Assembly (NCBI GenBank): GCA_963662585.1
Contig: OY759729.1
Coordinates: forward strand, 3,200,001 to 3,264,000
DNA: 64,000 bases
Source of the DNA: Candidatus Cloacimonadales bacterium
Lineage (GTDB): Bacteria > Cloacimonadota > Cloacimonadia > Cloacimonadales > JAFGVF01
Reading direction: 5' to 3'
The position numbers and the translations under genes were made by a program. Numbering within the stretch: position 1 is the stretch's first letter; each line of letters begins with the position of its first letter. The notes under the pieces are model-generated. The model searched no databases. It saw only the letters and a program-made list of their open reading frames with translations, and was not told the origin of the DNA. Below, in pieces: positions 26,742 through 37,079 of this stretch.

Positions 26742-27194
26742 ATGGCAATAACAGCTAAGTTCAATGGAACGCATATCGGAAGCATAACTCAAAATAGAGT
26801 AGTGCTACCAAAGCAGTTCAAAGAAGTTTTGAACACTTATCAAACTGATAAGATAGTCATAACTCTTAGTTCTCAGGGCTGTTTATCCTTATATCCCAAG
26901 GTTGAATTTGAAAGTATCTGTGATATACTTCGGAAAAGTGATAGTGATATAGACTATTGGAGTTTAACCCTTATAGAAGATAACTCAATGGGAGTACAAA
27001 CTTTAGAAGGCAGTGCAGGTAGGTTTAGAATCTCTCAGGAATTAATGGAATCTGCCAGAATTGGCGATAAAGTAAAATTCATTGGTAGAGGAAACCATAT
27101 CTCAATTTGGTCTTTAGAAGAATTTGCAGAGCATCAAAGAGCTCTTATGGAAAATATAAAAAACAGCAAAGAAAGGCCAACGGTGAGAATATGA
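26742..27194 (+). CDS. mraZ: Divergent MraZ transcriptional regulator
   Basis: First gene of the dcw cluster. RVVLPKQF, GCLSLYP, AGRFRIS and FIGRGNHISIW. Confidence 0.8.
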   Translation: MAITAKFNGTHIGSITQNRVVLPKQFKEVLNTYQTDKIVITLSSQGCLSLYPKVEFESICDILRKSDSDIDYWSLTLIEDNSMGVQTLEGSAGRFRISQELMESARIGDKVKFIGRGNHISIWSLEEFAEHQRALMENIKNSKERPTVRI

Positions 27195-28117
27195 CATATC
27201 ATGTACCTGTAATGTTAAAAGAATGTATTCAAGGTTTAAATATCCAAGACAATTCTATAATCGTAGATGCAACAATGGGCGGTGGTGGCCATTCCGAAGC
27301 GATTCTTGAAGCTAATCCTAAGGCTTTGCTATATGCCTTTGATCAAGACCCTGATTCAATTGCTTTTGCAACTGAAAGACTAAAGAGATTTGGAGATAGA
27401 GTAACTATTATAGAAGATAACTTTGTTAATATGCGCACTCGTCTTGCTTTTTGTGAAATCAATAGGGTTGATGGCATACTCTTTGATTTAGGAGTAAGTT
27501 CATTTCAAATAGATGAAGCTAGCAGAGGTTTCTCTTTTTCTCAAGATTCTCCTTTAGATATGCGGATGGATAAATCACGCGATCTCACAGCAGAAATGAT
27601 TCTTAATGAGTATAGTTTAGACTCATTAACAAAAGTAATTAGAGATTTTGGGGAAGAGAAAGCAGCTAGAAGGATTGCTACATTAATAGTAGAAGAGAGA
27701 GAGAAGATAAAATTCACTTCTTCAACAGATCTTAACAAATTAATTGAAGCTAATTTTAAAATGAATCCAAAGTTTTTAACTAAAACACTTTCAAGAGTTT
27801 ATCAAGCTTTACGCATAGAGGTCAATCGCGAAATGGAAGTGTTATCAACAGTTCTTAAAGATGCATTAAACATTCTAAACCCGGGCGGTAGGTTAGTGAT
27901 AGAGTCTTATCATAGTTTAGAAGATAAGATAGTAAAAGATTTCATGAAATTCGAATCTTTAGAGTGTACATGTCCCCCTAATTTTCCAATTTGTAATTGT
28001 GGAAAAAAAACTACACTCAAGATATTAACCAGAAAGCCATTAACGGCTGTCAGCGAAGAGGTTACATCTAATAGTCGTGCACGAAGTGCTAAGCTAAGAA
28101 TCGCTGAGAAGCTATAA
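27191..28117 (+). CDS. rsmH: 16S rRNA m4C1402 methyltransferase
   Basis: YHVPVM, DATMGGGGHS, DLGVSS, QALRIEVN, SYHSLED and RARSAKLR. ATG overlaps the mraZ stop. Confidence 0.95.
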   Translation: MTYHVPVMLKECIQGLNIQDNSIIVDATMGGGGHSEAILEANPKALLYAFDQDPDSIAFATERLKRFGDRVTIIEDNFVNMRTRLAFCEINRVDGILFDLGVSSFQIDEASRGFSFSQDSPLDMRMDKSRDLTAEMILNEYSLDSLTKVIRDFGEEKAARRIATLIVEEREKIKFTSSTDLNKLIEANFKMNPKFLTKTLSRVYQALRIEVNREMEVLSTVLKDALNILNPGGRLVIESYHSLEDKIVKDFMKFESLECTCPPNFPICNCGKKTTLKILTRKPLTAVSEEVTSNSRARSAKLRIAEKL

Positions 28118-28138
28118 AAAACATCTTAAGGAGTTGGG

Positions 28139-28507
28139 ATGAAAAATTTTATTAAATTTACGGTTACACTAGTAATAATTGGGTCAATTTTCTTTTTATT
28201 CAATGGAATTCTTGATCATTATAGTATTAAACATAGTAAGCAAGCTCTCAAATATGAAAGACTTTACAATAGTAAGGTATCAACTTATGCCAGTAAGAAG
28301 TCAGATTTATCATATTATCGCTCAGGTCTTTATGTTAAAAAAGTTGCTCAAGAAAGATATGGTTTTATAGACCCAAATGATGATCCAGCTTTAATAAGTT
28401 ATAGCAAAGTTTATACTGATGAAAAAAATACCAGTTTAACAGTTATCTTGGATCTCTTTACTACCTCATTGAGTGCTGATGAATTAAAAACAATTTATCC
28501 TTATTAA
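28139..28507 (+). CDS. FtsL-like cell division protein (positional call)
   Basis: Lies between rsmH and ftsI. N-terminal TM and the VKKVAQERYGF motif. Confidence 0.55.
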   Translation: MKNFIKFTVTLVIIGSIFFLFNGILDHYSIKHSKQALKYERLYNSKVSTYASKKSDLSYYRSGLYVKKVAQERYGFIDPNDDPALISYSKVYTDEKNTSLTVILDLFTTSLSADELKTIYPY

Positions 28508-28514
28508 TCCCATA

Positions 28515-30698
28515 ATGAATGGCAAAAGATACAATTTCCTATTAATTCTGTTTCTTATGATAGCTGTGCTTTGGATAGCGCAGCTATTTTTAATCCAAGT
28601 AAAGGATGTCTATAATCTTAAAAGATTACGATTAAGAAGAAATAGTCCTGTTAAAGAATTCATAAACCCTATGAGAGGCAGTATTTACGATAGGAATCAA
28701 GAATTATTAGTTACCACAGAAAAGTACTTTCAGGTAGACATTGATTTTAAGGCAATCAGCAATTATTTATCTAGAAATAATGATAATCGAACAATTTCTG
28801 ATATAAAAGAAAAAATTGCTAATTTGAGTAGTAAGATCACTGATGAAAAATTAGATGTTTTACAAAAACGATTAAATTCTGCTAGTCCCATACTTTTTTA
28901 TAGTATAAATGAAATGCAATTAGATGAATTACTAACTTCATTTAAAAGAAATAAGATACCTGGATATATTACAGAGTTTATAGGTTATAAAAGAAAATAT
29001 ATGTCTGAAAATATAGCTCCTCGCTTGATAGGGAATATCAAAGAGAGTAGGGAGACTATTTCAGCAACTAGAATTAATAAGTCAAAATATTCTATTGAGG
29101 GAATCACTGGGATTGAGGCTTCTTTTAATGATGAATTAAGTGGTAAATTTGGCTGGCAAGAAGTAATCAAGGATGCTAAAGGAAATAATATTCCTGCCCT
29201 TGGACTTCAAAGTAAGGAAGTAGTTGATGGCTATAATCTCTATCTTTCTATTGATAGTGGACTTCAGTTTGAAGTAGAGGCAATACTCCGAGAAAAAATT
29301 CAGGAATATCAAGCAGAAGTAGGGATGTGTACAGTAATGGACCCAAATACAGGAGAGATTCTAGTAATGGCAGGTTTAACTGAAGATGATATTCACACAG
29401 ACTCGGCTCTCCTTAGAAGTTATAGTAATTTGCCAGTAAGTTATAAATTTGAACCTGGTTCTACTTTTAAGCCTTTCACTATGCTGGGGGCAATGGATAA
29501 TGGTGTCTATGACCCATCAGAAAAAATCGACTGTAAAACATATTACCCAGATTATACTGGACAGAAGAAAAATAAAGAAAGAAAAATTACTGATGACCAT
29601 CCCTTAGATTATCCTTTAACTGGTGAAGAGATTATCGCTCATTCATCGAATGTTGGAATCGCTAAAATTGCTGAGAGATTAGGAGAAGATAAATTTTATC
29701 AACTACTAAGGAAAATGGGTTTTGGTCAAACAGTGCCAACAAAATTATATGGTTTAACTAAGGGGCAGTTAAGTCCTATTTATCAATGGACACAATTTTC
29801 GCTACACTCGATCTCTTTTGGACAAGAAATTGGTGTTACCCAACTTCAACTTGCAAATGCCTACTGTGCAATTGCTAACGGGGGAGATTTATTAGCTCCG
29901 CGAATAATTACTAAAATTACTGATAGTAATGGAAATGTCGTATCTACTTCTGAAAGACAAGCCTTAAGAAAGATTGCTAAAGAATCTTCCATCACCGAAA
30001 TTAAGAAATATCTTGAAAAGGTTTTTGATTATGGAACTGGTAAGTATTTTCAAAATGAGATAATCGGATTAGCAGGTAAAACAGGTACAGCTGAAGTTAA
30101 ATCAGCAAAAACCAGAAATACTAATAAATGGGAATATACTTCCACTTTTGTAGGATATCTACCTAAAGATGATCCTAAATTCGTTATTGTGGTTACCTTT
30201 GATAAACCTGCAAGAAAATATAGATTTGCTGCTACTTCTGCACTCCCTACTTTTGAAAAAGTATATGAAAGACTAATTTCAACTAAGCAAAATCACATAA
30301 ATTTTGATTACACATTAAAGAATAGTGATATGTTGTTAATGCCTGATTTACAGGGTTTAACAATAGCCGAAGCTGAGGAGATTATCAAGGGAATGGGAGT
30401 TGAATATATTACTACCCCTAAAAGGATGAGTGCGAAAGTAAATCAGCAATATCCAGCTCCTGGGGTTCTCTTCCGCAAAGACGGTAATAAAGTCCTTTTC
30501 TTTAGTACCATCACTGAAAGTATAGATAGTGATGTTTTACCCGATTTCCGAAATACCCCTCTAAGAAGAGCATTAGAGTTTTGCATAAAAAAGAATATAA
30601 AGATTGACTCTAAAGGTAAAGGGATAGTTTATCAGCAAAATATACCTCCAGGAACAAAAATAACTGAAGATATGAAATTAATCATTAAGTGTCGATAG
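28515..30698 (+). CDS. ftsI: Class B PBP (FtsI/PBP3) with C-terminal PASTA domains
   Basis: RGSIYDRN, EPGSTFKP (SxxK), SSNVG, GKTGTA, and MPDLQG / LPDFRN PASTA starts. Confidence 0.9.
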   Translation: MNGKRYNFLLILFLMIAVLWIAQLFLIQVKDVYNLKRLRLRRNSPVKEFINPMRGSIYDRNQELLVTTEKYFQVDIDFKAISNYLSRNNDNRTISDIKEKIANLSSKITDEKLDVLQKRLNSASPILFYSINEMQLDELLTSFKRNKIPGYITEFIGYKRKYMSENIAPRLIGNIKESRETISATRINKSKYSIEGITGIEASFNDELSGKFGWQEVIKDAKGNNIPALGLQSKEVVDGYNLYLSIDSGLQFEVEAILREKIQEYQAEVGMCTVMDPNTGEILVMAGLTEDDIHTDSALLRSYSNLPVSYKFEPGSTFKPFTMLGAMDNGVYDPSEKIDCKTYYPDYTGQKKNKERKITDDHPLDYPLTGEEIIAHSSNVGIAKIAERLGEDKFYQLLRKMGFGQTVPTKLYGLTKGQLSPIYQWTQFSLHSISFGQEIGVTQLQLANAYCAIANGGDLLAPRIITKITDSNGNVVSTSERQALRKIAKESSITEIKKYLEKVFDYGTGKYFQNEIIGLAGKTGTAEVKSAKTRNTNKWEYTSTFVGYLPKDDPKFVIVVTFDKPARKYRFAATSALPTFEKVYERLISTKQNHINFDYTLKNSDMLLMPDLQGLTIAEAEEIIKGMGVEYITTPKRMSAKVNQQYPAPGVLFRKDGNKVLFFSTITESIDSDVLPDFRNTPLRRALEFCIKKNIKIDSKGKGIVYQQNIPPGTKITEDMKLIIKCR

Positions 30699-30706
30699 GA
30701 GTAATA

Positions 30707-33517
30707 ATGAAATTTAATATTGAAAAAATTATAGCTATCTTAAAAGACAAAGGCTTGTTTATATCAGCTAATATAGATAATGAATATCTCACTTTAGAGA
30801 ATGTTACTATCGATTCAAGAGAGATTAAGAAGAATGATGTCTTTATCGCTATCGAAGGATTTGAACTTGATGGACATAAGTATATCCCTAAAGCTATTGA
30901 ATTAGGAGCAAATTTAATTATTCATTCTAAAGATATGAGTATAAATGCTAATTCAATCCTGGTCAAAGACAGTAGAAAGGCAGGTTCTCTTATTGCCTCT
31001 GAACTGCATGGAAATCCTTCCTCAAAACTGAAATTAATTGGAATTACAGGGACTAATGGAAAAACAACTAGCTCAACAATAGTATGTGATATCTTAAATA
31101 AAATGGACATTAAATGCGGTATTATAGGAACTTTAGGTTACTCTTTTGGTGATGAAATGTTCCCTCTAAACAGAACAACACCTGATATTGATGAGCTAAA
31201 TAAGATCCTTGCTCAGATGGTGGAAGAAAAATGTCAAGCTGTTGTTATGGAAGTATCTTCTCACTCTTTAGTTCTTGATAGAGTTTACGGACAACAGTTC
31301 TCTGCAATAGGATTTTCTAATCTTACTCAAGATCATCTTGATTTTCATAATACTTTGGAAAACTATTATTTAGCAAAAAAGATTTTATTTGATTCTGCTG
31401 AATCTTCTGACGCCTTTGCGGTGATTAATAATGATGATGAATTTGGGAAACGCTATTATGCTGACTTTAAAGGAAGGAAAGTTTCTTATGGCCTCAATGC
31501 TCAGAATGATGTCTATGCTTCTGATATAGAAAATTCACAAGATTATACCAAGTTTACTTATAATTATGGCAACCTAAAAGAGAAGATAATCTCCAATTAT
31601 ATCGGTGAATTTAATATTTACAACTTAATGCTAGCTTTAACTCTTTGCCGAGAATTGTTTCCTGAACAAAATATAAATTACGAAATATTAGCTTCTCTGA
31701 AAAGGACCAATGGAAGATTAGAACCTTTAAATACTCAGGCCAAAGGGAGAGTATTTCTTGATTATGCTCACACTCCAGATGCAATTGCACAAGTCTTAAA
31801 AACCCTTAAGAAAACTAATCCTAAAAGACTTATTTCTCTTCTAGGGTGTGGGGGAGAAAGAGATAAAGCCAAAAGAAAACCAATGGCTCAGATTGCAGCG
31901 AATTTATCTAATTTAGTAATTATTACAGACGATAATCCTCGTCGAGAAGACAATAATCTTATAATTGCGGATATGGTCCAAGGATTAGAAGCAGAGAATT
32001 ATTTTATTATCAGAGATAGAAAAGTAGCTATAACCACAGCTTTAGCTTTCGCTGAAGAAGGTGATGTTATTGTATTATTGGGCAAAGGTCATGAGAATTA
32101 TCAAGAAATTAATGGGGAAAAACTTCATTTTTCTGATGCTGAAGTAGCTAAAAGCTATAAGGAAACTCTAGTATCTGAGAAATTGGCAATTCCTTATGAT
32201 ACCATAAATTTACTTGACTTAAAGCAAAAATTCTTTGAATATTATAATAGAGAAGAATTTGCAAACTTATCTAGGCTTGTGATAAAAGATATATCCACAG
32301 ATTCTCGAAGTATTACAGAAAATAGCCTTTTCATAGCTATCAAGGGAGACAAATTCGATGGTAATGACTACATCGCTAATCTTTTAGAAAAGAATCCAAG
32401 CTGTTATGCTATAGGTGAGATTTCTTATGACTCAGATAGATATCTGCAAGTAGATAATGCTCTTCACTTTTACGGATTTTTAGCAAAAAGATATTTAAAT
32501 CTATTTAATCTCAAAAAAATAGCTATTACGGGAAGCACAGGAAAGACTACTACCAAGGAGATTATTACTAATATCTTGCAGGAGAGCTCTTCAGTATTAA
32601 AGACTTTGGGAAATGAAAATAACTATATTGGCTTACCAAGAACAATCTTTAGAGTAAAAATCCAAGATCAATATGGTGTCTTTGAAATTGGTACCAATAA
32701 CTTTGGAGAAATAGAGTATCTTAGTAATATTATCCAACCTAATATTGCCTTAATAACATCTGTAGATTCAGCTCATTTAGAAAAATTACAATCTATTGAA
32801 GGTGTCTATAGAGAAAAAACATCTTTGTTTAATAGAAAGTTAGATAAGATCCTTTTCCCTGGAGATAATGAACTGTTTGCTAATTATAAATCTCAAGAGT
32901 ACCATAACTTAGCCTTCTCAGTCGGGAAAAATAGTGACAATAGTTTTGTCTATGACATCTGTGATATGAATAATGAGACGATGAACATTAAAATCAATAA
33001 TTCTCAGTATGAAGTAACTAACCAAATCCCATATTTTGGTTTGAATTATGCCTATGCAATTTCACTTTGTAAGTTATTAGAAGTTAATATAAATGATATA
33101 ATCTACGGATTGAAAAAGAAACTTAATATCGACCACAGAATGAATATCATTAACAAAGATAAACAAGTTATTATTGCTGATTGCTATAATGCAAATCCAA
33201 AATCAATGAAAGAAGCAATTAAGTTTTGGTCTGATTTCAAACCAGAATTAAGTCATATAGCTGTTTTGGGTGATATGTTAGAATTAGGTAATGAAGGAGA
33301 AAAACTTCATTTAGAAATAAAAGAGCTTTTGACAACTTTACCAGATATTAAAGTTTTTACTGTTGGGAAACTATCAAAATTATTAAATAGTAATCTTCAT
33401 TTCGCAAGTGTAGAGGAGCTAATTAACTCAGAACATTTTAGTGAACTAAAAGAGGGAGTAATTCTACTCAAAGGTTCACACGGAATTCATTTAGAAAAAA
33501 TAGTGGAGTGTTTATAG
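30707..33517 (+). CDS. murE/murF: MurE-MurF fusion ligase
   Basis: ITGTNGKTT, DYAHTPD, DNPR and GKGHE (MurE), followed in frame by ITGSTGKTTTK, DCYNANP, LGDMLELG and LKGSHG (MurF). Confidence 0.9.
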   Translation: MKFNIEKIIAILKDKGLFISANIDNEYLTLENVTIDSREIKKNDVFIAIEGFELDGHKYIPKAIELGANLIIHSKDMSINANSILVKDSRKAGSLIASELHGNPSSKLKLIGITGTNGKTTSSTIVCDILNKMDIKCGIIGTLGYSFGDEMFPLNRTTPDIDELNKILAQMVEEKCQAVVMEVSSHSLVLDRVYGQQFSAIGFSNLTQDHLDFHNTLENYYLAKKILFDSAESSDAFAVINNDDEFGKRYYADFKGRKVSYGLNAQNDVYASDIENSQDYTKFTYNYGNLKEKIISNYIGEFNIYNLMLALTLCRELFPEQNINYEILASLKRTNGRLEPLNTQAKGRVFLDYAHTPDAIAQVLKTLKKTNPKRLISLLGCGGERDKAKRKPMAQIAANLSNLVIITDDNPRREDNNLIIADMVQGLEAENYFIIRDRKVAITTALAFAEEGDVIVLLGKGHENYQEINGEKLHFSDAEVAKSYKETLVSEKLAIPYDTINLLDLKQKFFEYYNREEFANLSRLVIKDISTDSRSITENSLFIAIKGDKFDGNDYIANLLEKNPSCYAIGEISYDSDRYLQVDNALHFYGFLAKRYLNLFNLKKIAITGSTGKTTTKEIITNILQESSSVLKTLGNENNYIGLPRTIFRVKIQDQYGVFEIGTNNFGEIEYLSNIIQPNIALITSVDSAHLEKLQSIEGVYREKTSLFNRKLDKILFPGDNELFANYKSQEYHNLAFSVGKNSDNSFVYDICDMNNETMNIKINNSQYEVTNQIPYFGLNYAYAISLCKLLEVNINDIIYGLKKKLNIDHRMNIINKDKQVIIADCYNANPKSMKEAIKFWSDFKPELSHIAVLGDMLELGNEGEKLHLEIKELLTTLPDIKVFTVGKLSKLLNSNLHFASVEELINSEHFSELKEGVILLKGSHGIHLEKIVECL

Positions 33518-34617
33518 TGTTATATCATTTATTAAGTCAATATATGACGATCTTTAACCCTTTAAGGGTATTCAACTATGTTACTTTTAGATCAGCAGGT
33601 GCTTTTATTACTGCTTTAATTTTTAGTTATCTGTTTGGTCCATGGATTATTAAGACCCTTAAACATCACTTAGCTGTTGAAACTATTGATGAAGATATGC
33701 CTGATAGACACCAAGCTAAACAAGGGACTCCTACAATGGGTGGGCTTATTATTCTGACAGGTCTTCTTGGTTCGTCTTTACTATGGACTAGACTTGATAA
33801 TTCTTATATCTGGATGATGTATCTAACAACTCTCTGGCTAGGAATATTTGGTTTTGTAGATGATTACTTAAAGAACTTTGCTAAGTCAAAGAAAGGTTTA
33901 ATACCTAAGTATAAGCTCATGGGACAAGTTAGTTTATCCCTTCTCATAGCAATAATTCTCTACTTCAGTAGTGATTTTGAGTATTTAGCCTATATTGACA
34001 TGCCTTTCTTAAAACATGTTTCCCTAAATCTAGGAATAGCTTTCATCCCTATAGTTGTTTTCATTGTTGTCGGTACATCAAATGCTGTGAATTTAACAAA
34101 TGGACTTGATGGTTTAGCAGAAGGCATCTGTGCTATTGTTGCAGTTGGACTTGGTATAATGTCTTATTTAAAAGGTAATATAAACTATGCAGACTATTTG
34201 AATCTTGGTTTCATACCTAAAGCTGGTGAATTAACAGTATTTATTGCTGCATTAGTAGGAACATTAATAGGTTTCCTTTGGTATAATTGCCGACCAGCAG
34301 AGATTTTTATGGGAGATACAGGTTCTCTACCTCTCGGTGGTATTCTTGCTATGTTATCTATTCTACTAAGAGAGCAAATCTTCCTGGCAATCGTAGGCTT
34401 TATGTTTATTGCTGAAGCAATGTCTGTTATTATGCAAGTAAGATATTTTAAATATACAAAGAAAAAATTCGGTGTTGGAAAGAGAATTTTCAAAATGGCC
34501 CCTTTACACCATCATTATGAAATATTAGGTTTTGCTGAATCCAAGATAGTAGTCCGATTTTGGATAATCACTATACTATTGTTAGTTATCGGACTAAGTA
34601 CTATAAAACTTAGGTAG
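33517..34617 (+). CDS. mraY: Phospho-N-acetylmuramoyl-pentapeptide transferase
   Basis: KQGTPTMGG, FVDDY, FMGDTGS and APLHHHYE. The likely GTG start overlaps the upstream stop. Confidence 0.95.
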   Translation: MLYHLLSQYMTIFNPLRVFNYVTFRSAGAFITALIFSYLFGPWIIKTLKHHLAVETIDEDMPDRHQAKQGTPTMGGLIILTGLLGSSLLWTRLDNSYIWMMYLTTLWLGIFGFVDDYLKNFAKSKKGLIPKYKLMGQVSLSLLIAIILYFSSDFEYLAYIDMPFLKHVSLNLGIAFIPIVVFIVVGTSNAVNLTNGLDGLAEGICAIVAVGLGIMSYLKGNINYADYLNLGFIPKAGELTVFIAALVGTLIGFLWYNCRPAEIFMGDTGSLPLGGILAMLSILLREQIFLAIVGFMFIAEAMSVIMQVRYFKYTKKKFGVGKRIFKMAPLHHHYEILGFAESKIVVRFWIITILLLVIGLSTIKLR

Positions 34618-34627
34618 GAGAATCAAG

Positions 34628-35959
34628 ATGAAGAAAATAGGAATACTAGGAATCGCAAGAAGTGGACTATCTGCAGCTTTAAAAGCCAAACAATTAGGCT
34701 ATGAAGTTTTCATATCTGAATATAAGAAACTTGAAGATTGCGAGCTTGACTTAAATGATTTAAATGGTATTGAATATGAATTTGGCGGACACTCTGATAG
34801 AATCTTAGAATATCCTCAAATCATTGTTTCACCAGGAATTCCTCTTAATACTCCTATCATTAAGAAACTTCAAGCTAATGGGAATGAACTATTAAGTGAA
34901 ATTGAATTTGGCTACAGGATCAAACATCCAGCTACTAAAATCATTGCTGTTACAGGTTCTAATGGGAAAAGTACTACAGTTTCTCTTATCTATCATATTC
35001 TAAATGAACTAAACATAAAAGTTGCCTTAGGGGGTAACATTGGTATTGCTTTTACCAGTTTACCTATCGAAAAATATGTATATGATTTCGTAATCCTAGA
35101 ACTTAGTAGTTTTCAACTAGATTTAGTAACTAGCTTCAGGCCTGAAGTTGCAGTCTTGTTAAATATTACTCCTGATCATCTAAATCGCTATGACTCATTT
35201 GATGATTATTCTCTTTCTAAGTTCAATATCTTTAGAATGCAGAAGGCGAATGACACTGCAATAATTTTTGACACTGATAGACAAATAAATAGCTTCTTAC
35301 ATTTAATACCCAGTAGAATTAAGAGATTTAGCTTAAAAGAAAAGAGCGATGTTCACTTAGAAAACTCAACTCTGTCTACAGCAAAACTTAAAATCGATGT
35401 TAATGAAACAACATTAAGAGGAGAACATAATATCCTCAACATTATGGCTACTATGCTTGTTTTAGAAACTCTTCCTCTGAACTTAGATAATGAACAAGTA
35501 GGGAAAGCATTTTCTACTTTTAAGGGTTTAGCTCACAGATTAGAATTTGTAGCAGATATTCAAGGCAGAACTTTTGTTAATGACTCTAAAGCAACAAATA
35601 CTGATTCTGTAAAATATGCCTTAAGTGCATTTAAACAGAAAGTAAGAATAATCATGGGTGGTTCTGATAAAGGTGAAGACTTTGGTGTTCTCTTAGAACA
35701 TTTAAATATTTATGCTAAAAAGTTATATTTAATTGGTGAAACTAAAAATAAAATGAGTGAACAGTTTAAAGATTTCTCACCTAAAGAAATATTTTCTAAT
35801 TTAGAGGAAGCTGTAATACAGGCTTTTAAAGATTCTTCTGAAAATGATATCATTCTTTTATCTCCTGCATGTGCTAGTTATGATTCATATAAAAACTACG
35901 AACATCGTGGGGAAAGTTTTAAGGATATCGTTAAAAGGTTAAAATCTAATGAGCAATAA
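34628..35959 (+). CDS. murD: UDP-MurNAc-L-Ala:D-Glu ligase
   Basis: VTGSNGKST, ELSSFQL, NITPDHL, NDSKATN and LSPACASYD. Confidence 0.95.
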   Translation: MKKIGILGIARSGLSAALKAKQLGYEVFISEYKKLEDCELDLNDLNGIEYEFGGHSDRILEYPQIIVSPGIPLNTPIIKKLQANGNELLSEIEFGYRIKHPATKIIAVTGSNGKSTTVSLIYHILNELNIKVALGGNIGIAFTSLPIEKYVYDFVILELSSFQLDLVTSFRPEVAVLLNITPDHLNRYDSFDDYSLSKFNIFRMQKANDTAIIFDTDRQINSFLHLIPSRIKRFSLKEKSDVHLENSTLSTAKLKIDVNETTLRGEHNILNIMATMLVLETLPLNLDNEQVGKAFSTFKGLAHRLEFVADIQGRTFVNDSKATNTDSVKYALSAFKQKVRIIMGGSDKGEDFGVLLEHLNIYAKKLYLIGETKNKMSEQFKDFSPKEIFSNLEEAVIQAFKDSSENDIILLSPACASYDSYKNYEHRGESFKDIVKRLKSNEQ

Positions 35960-37079
35960 AATCTTAAAAGTAGATAAAATAGCTAGTGTATTATATATAT
36001 TACTAACTATTATAGGTCTAATTACTTTACTCTATTATTCCAAAGCTAATAGTATCAGCTCATTAATGAAACAAGGATTATTCTTTGCCCCTTTATCTTG
36101 GGCAGTTGTTTATGCCTTCATAAAAAAAGGTGATGTTAACTTCTTTAAGAAAAAGGAAAATCTTCATTATGCACTTTCTACACTACTTTTAATAGCAGTT
36201 TTATTATTTGGTAAAGAAGTATTAGGTGCAAAAAGAAGTTTAAATTTGATATTTTTTACTTTTCAACCAAGTTACTATACGAGAATAATACTAATCAGTT
36301 CTTTATCCATTTATATAGCTAAATATCAAGACTTATTGCTAGAAAATAAACTTAAAGAGTTTATAATAAAGTCAGGAAAATTCGTAATTTTTTATATAGG
36401 ATCACTATTTCTAATTTTAAAAGAACCTCATTTTAGTGTGTTAGCTATTACTACAGGATCACTATTTCTAATGCTATTTTTAGCAGGTTTAAATAGGAAG
36501 ATAGTAATGATGGCAGTTCTTGCAGGTCTTATATTGGTATCAGGACTTTTCTTCTTTGGTGCAAGTTATCGTGGAGAAAGAGTAAAGGTCTTTTTAAAGT
36601 ACAGTCTTTTAAATCCTAATCGTGATAAAGTTCAAGTCACTGCTGATAAAGAAAGGCAGATTGTTGAAAGTTTAGGAGCTCTATCAGCAGGTGGAATGTG
36701 GGGAACAAAGTCAGATTTTGGTAGTGCTGCTCGTAACTTTGTTCCTGAAGCTGATACAGATTATATTTTCTCTTTCATTGGAGAAGAATATGGTTTTATT
36801 ATTTCCTCCTTTATCTTAATAATATTCTTTGCTCTATTTTTTAGATTATTTATTCTGAGTGCTAAAGTCAATGATTTATATAGACGATATTTAGCCATGG
36901 GCTTGAGTTTAAACTTTATCTTCACTGTGATCGTTAATATTGGTGTGGCTATCTCAACCTTACCTTCGACAGGTGTCTCTCTACCTTTTATAAGTTATGG
37001 AGGTTCTGCTTTCTTGATGGACTCATTAAGTTTGTCGATAGTATTAAATATTATAGCTAGAGAAGGGAGAATAAAATGA
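35949..37079 (+). CDS. ftsW: SEDS peptidoglycan polymerase FtsW
   Basis: PEADTDYIFSFIGEEYG and TGVSLPFISYGGS; located between murD and murG. Confidence 0.85.
   Translation: MSNKILKVDKIASVLYILLTIIGLITLLYYSKANSISSLMKQGLFFAPLSWAVVYAFIKKGDVNFFKKKENLHYALSTLLLIAVLLFGKEVLGAKRSLNLIFFTFQPSYYTRIILISSLSIYIAKYQDLLLENKLKEFIIKSGKFVIFYIGSLFLILKEPHFSVLAITTGSLFLMLFLAGLNRKIVMMAVLAGLILVSGLFFFGASYRGERVKVFLKYSLLNPNRDKVQVTADKERQIVESLGALSAGGMWGTKSDFGSAARNFVPEADTDYIFSFIGEEYGFIISSFILIIFFALFFRLFILSAKVNDLYRRYLAMGLSLNFIFTVIVNIGVAISTLPSTGVSLPFISYGGSAFLMDSLSLSIVLNIIAREGRIK

Noticed and set aside
26251..26792. ORFs 26251..26436(+) and 26601..26792(-)
   Set aside because: They overlap a terminator, element copy 2 and the dcw promoter, and lack an SD or protein-like composition.
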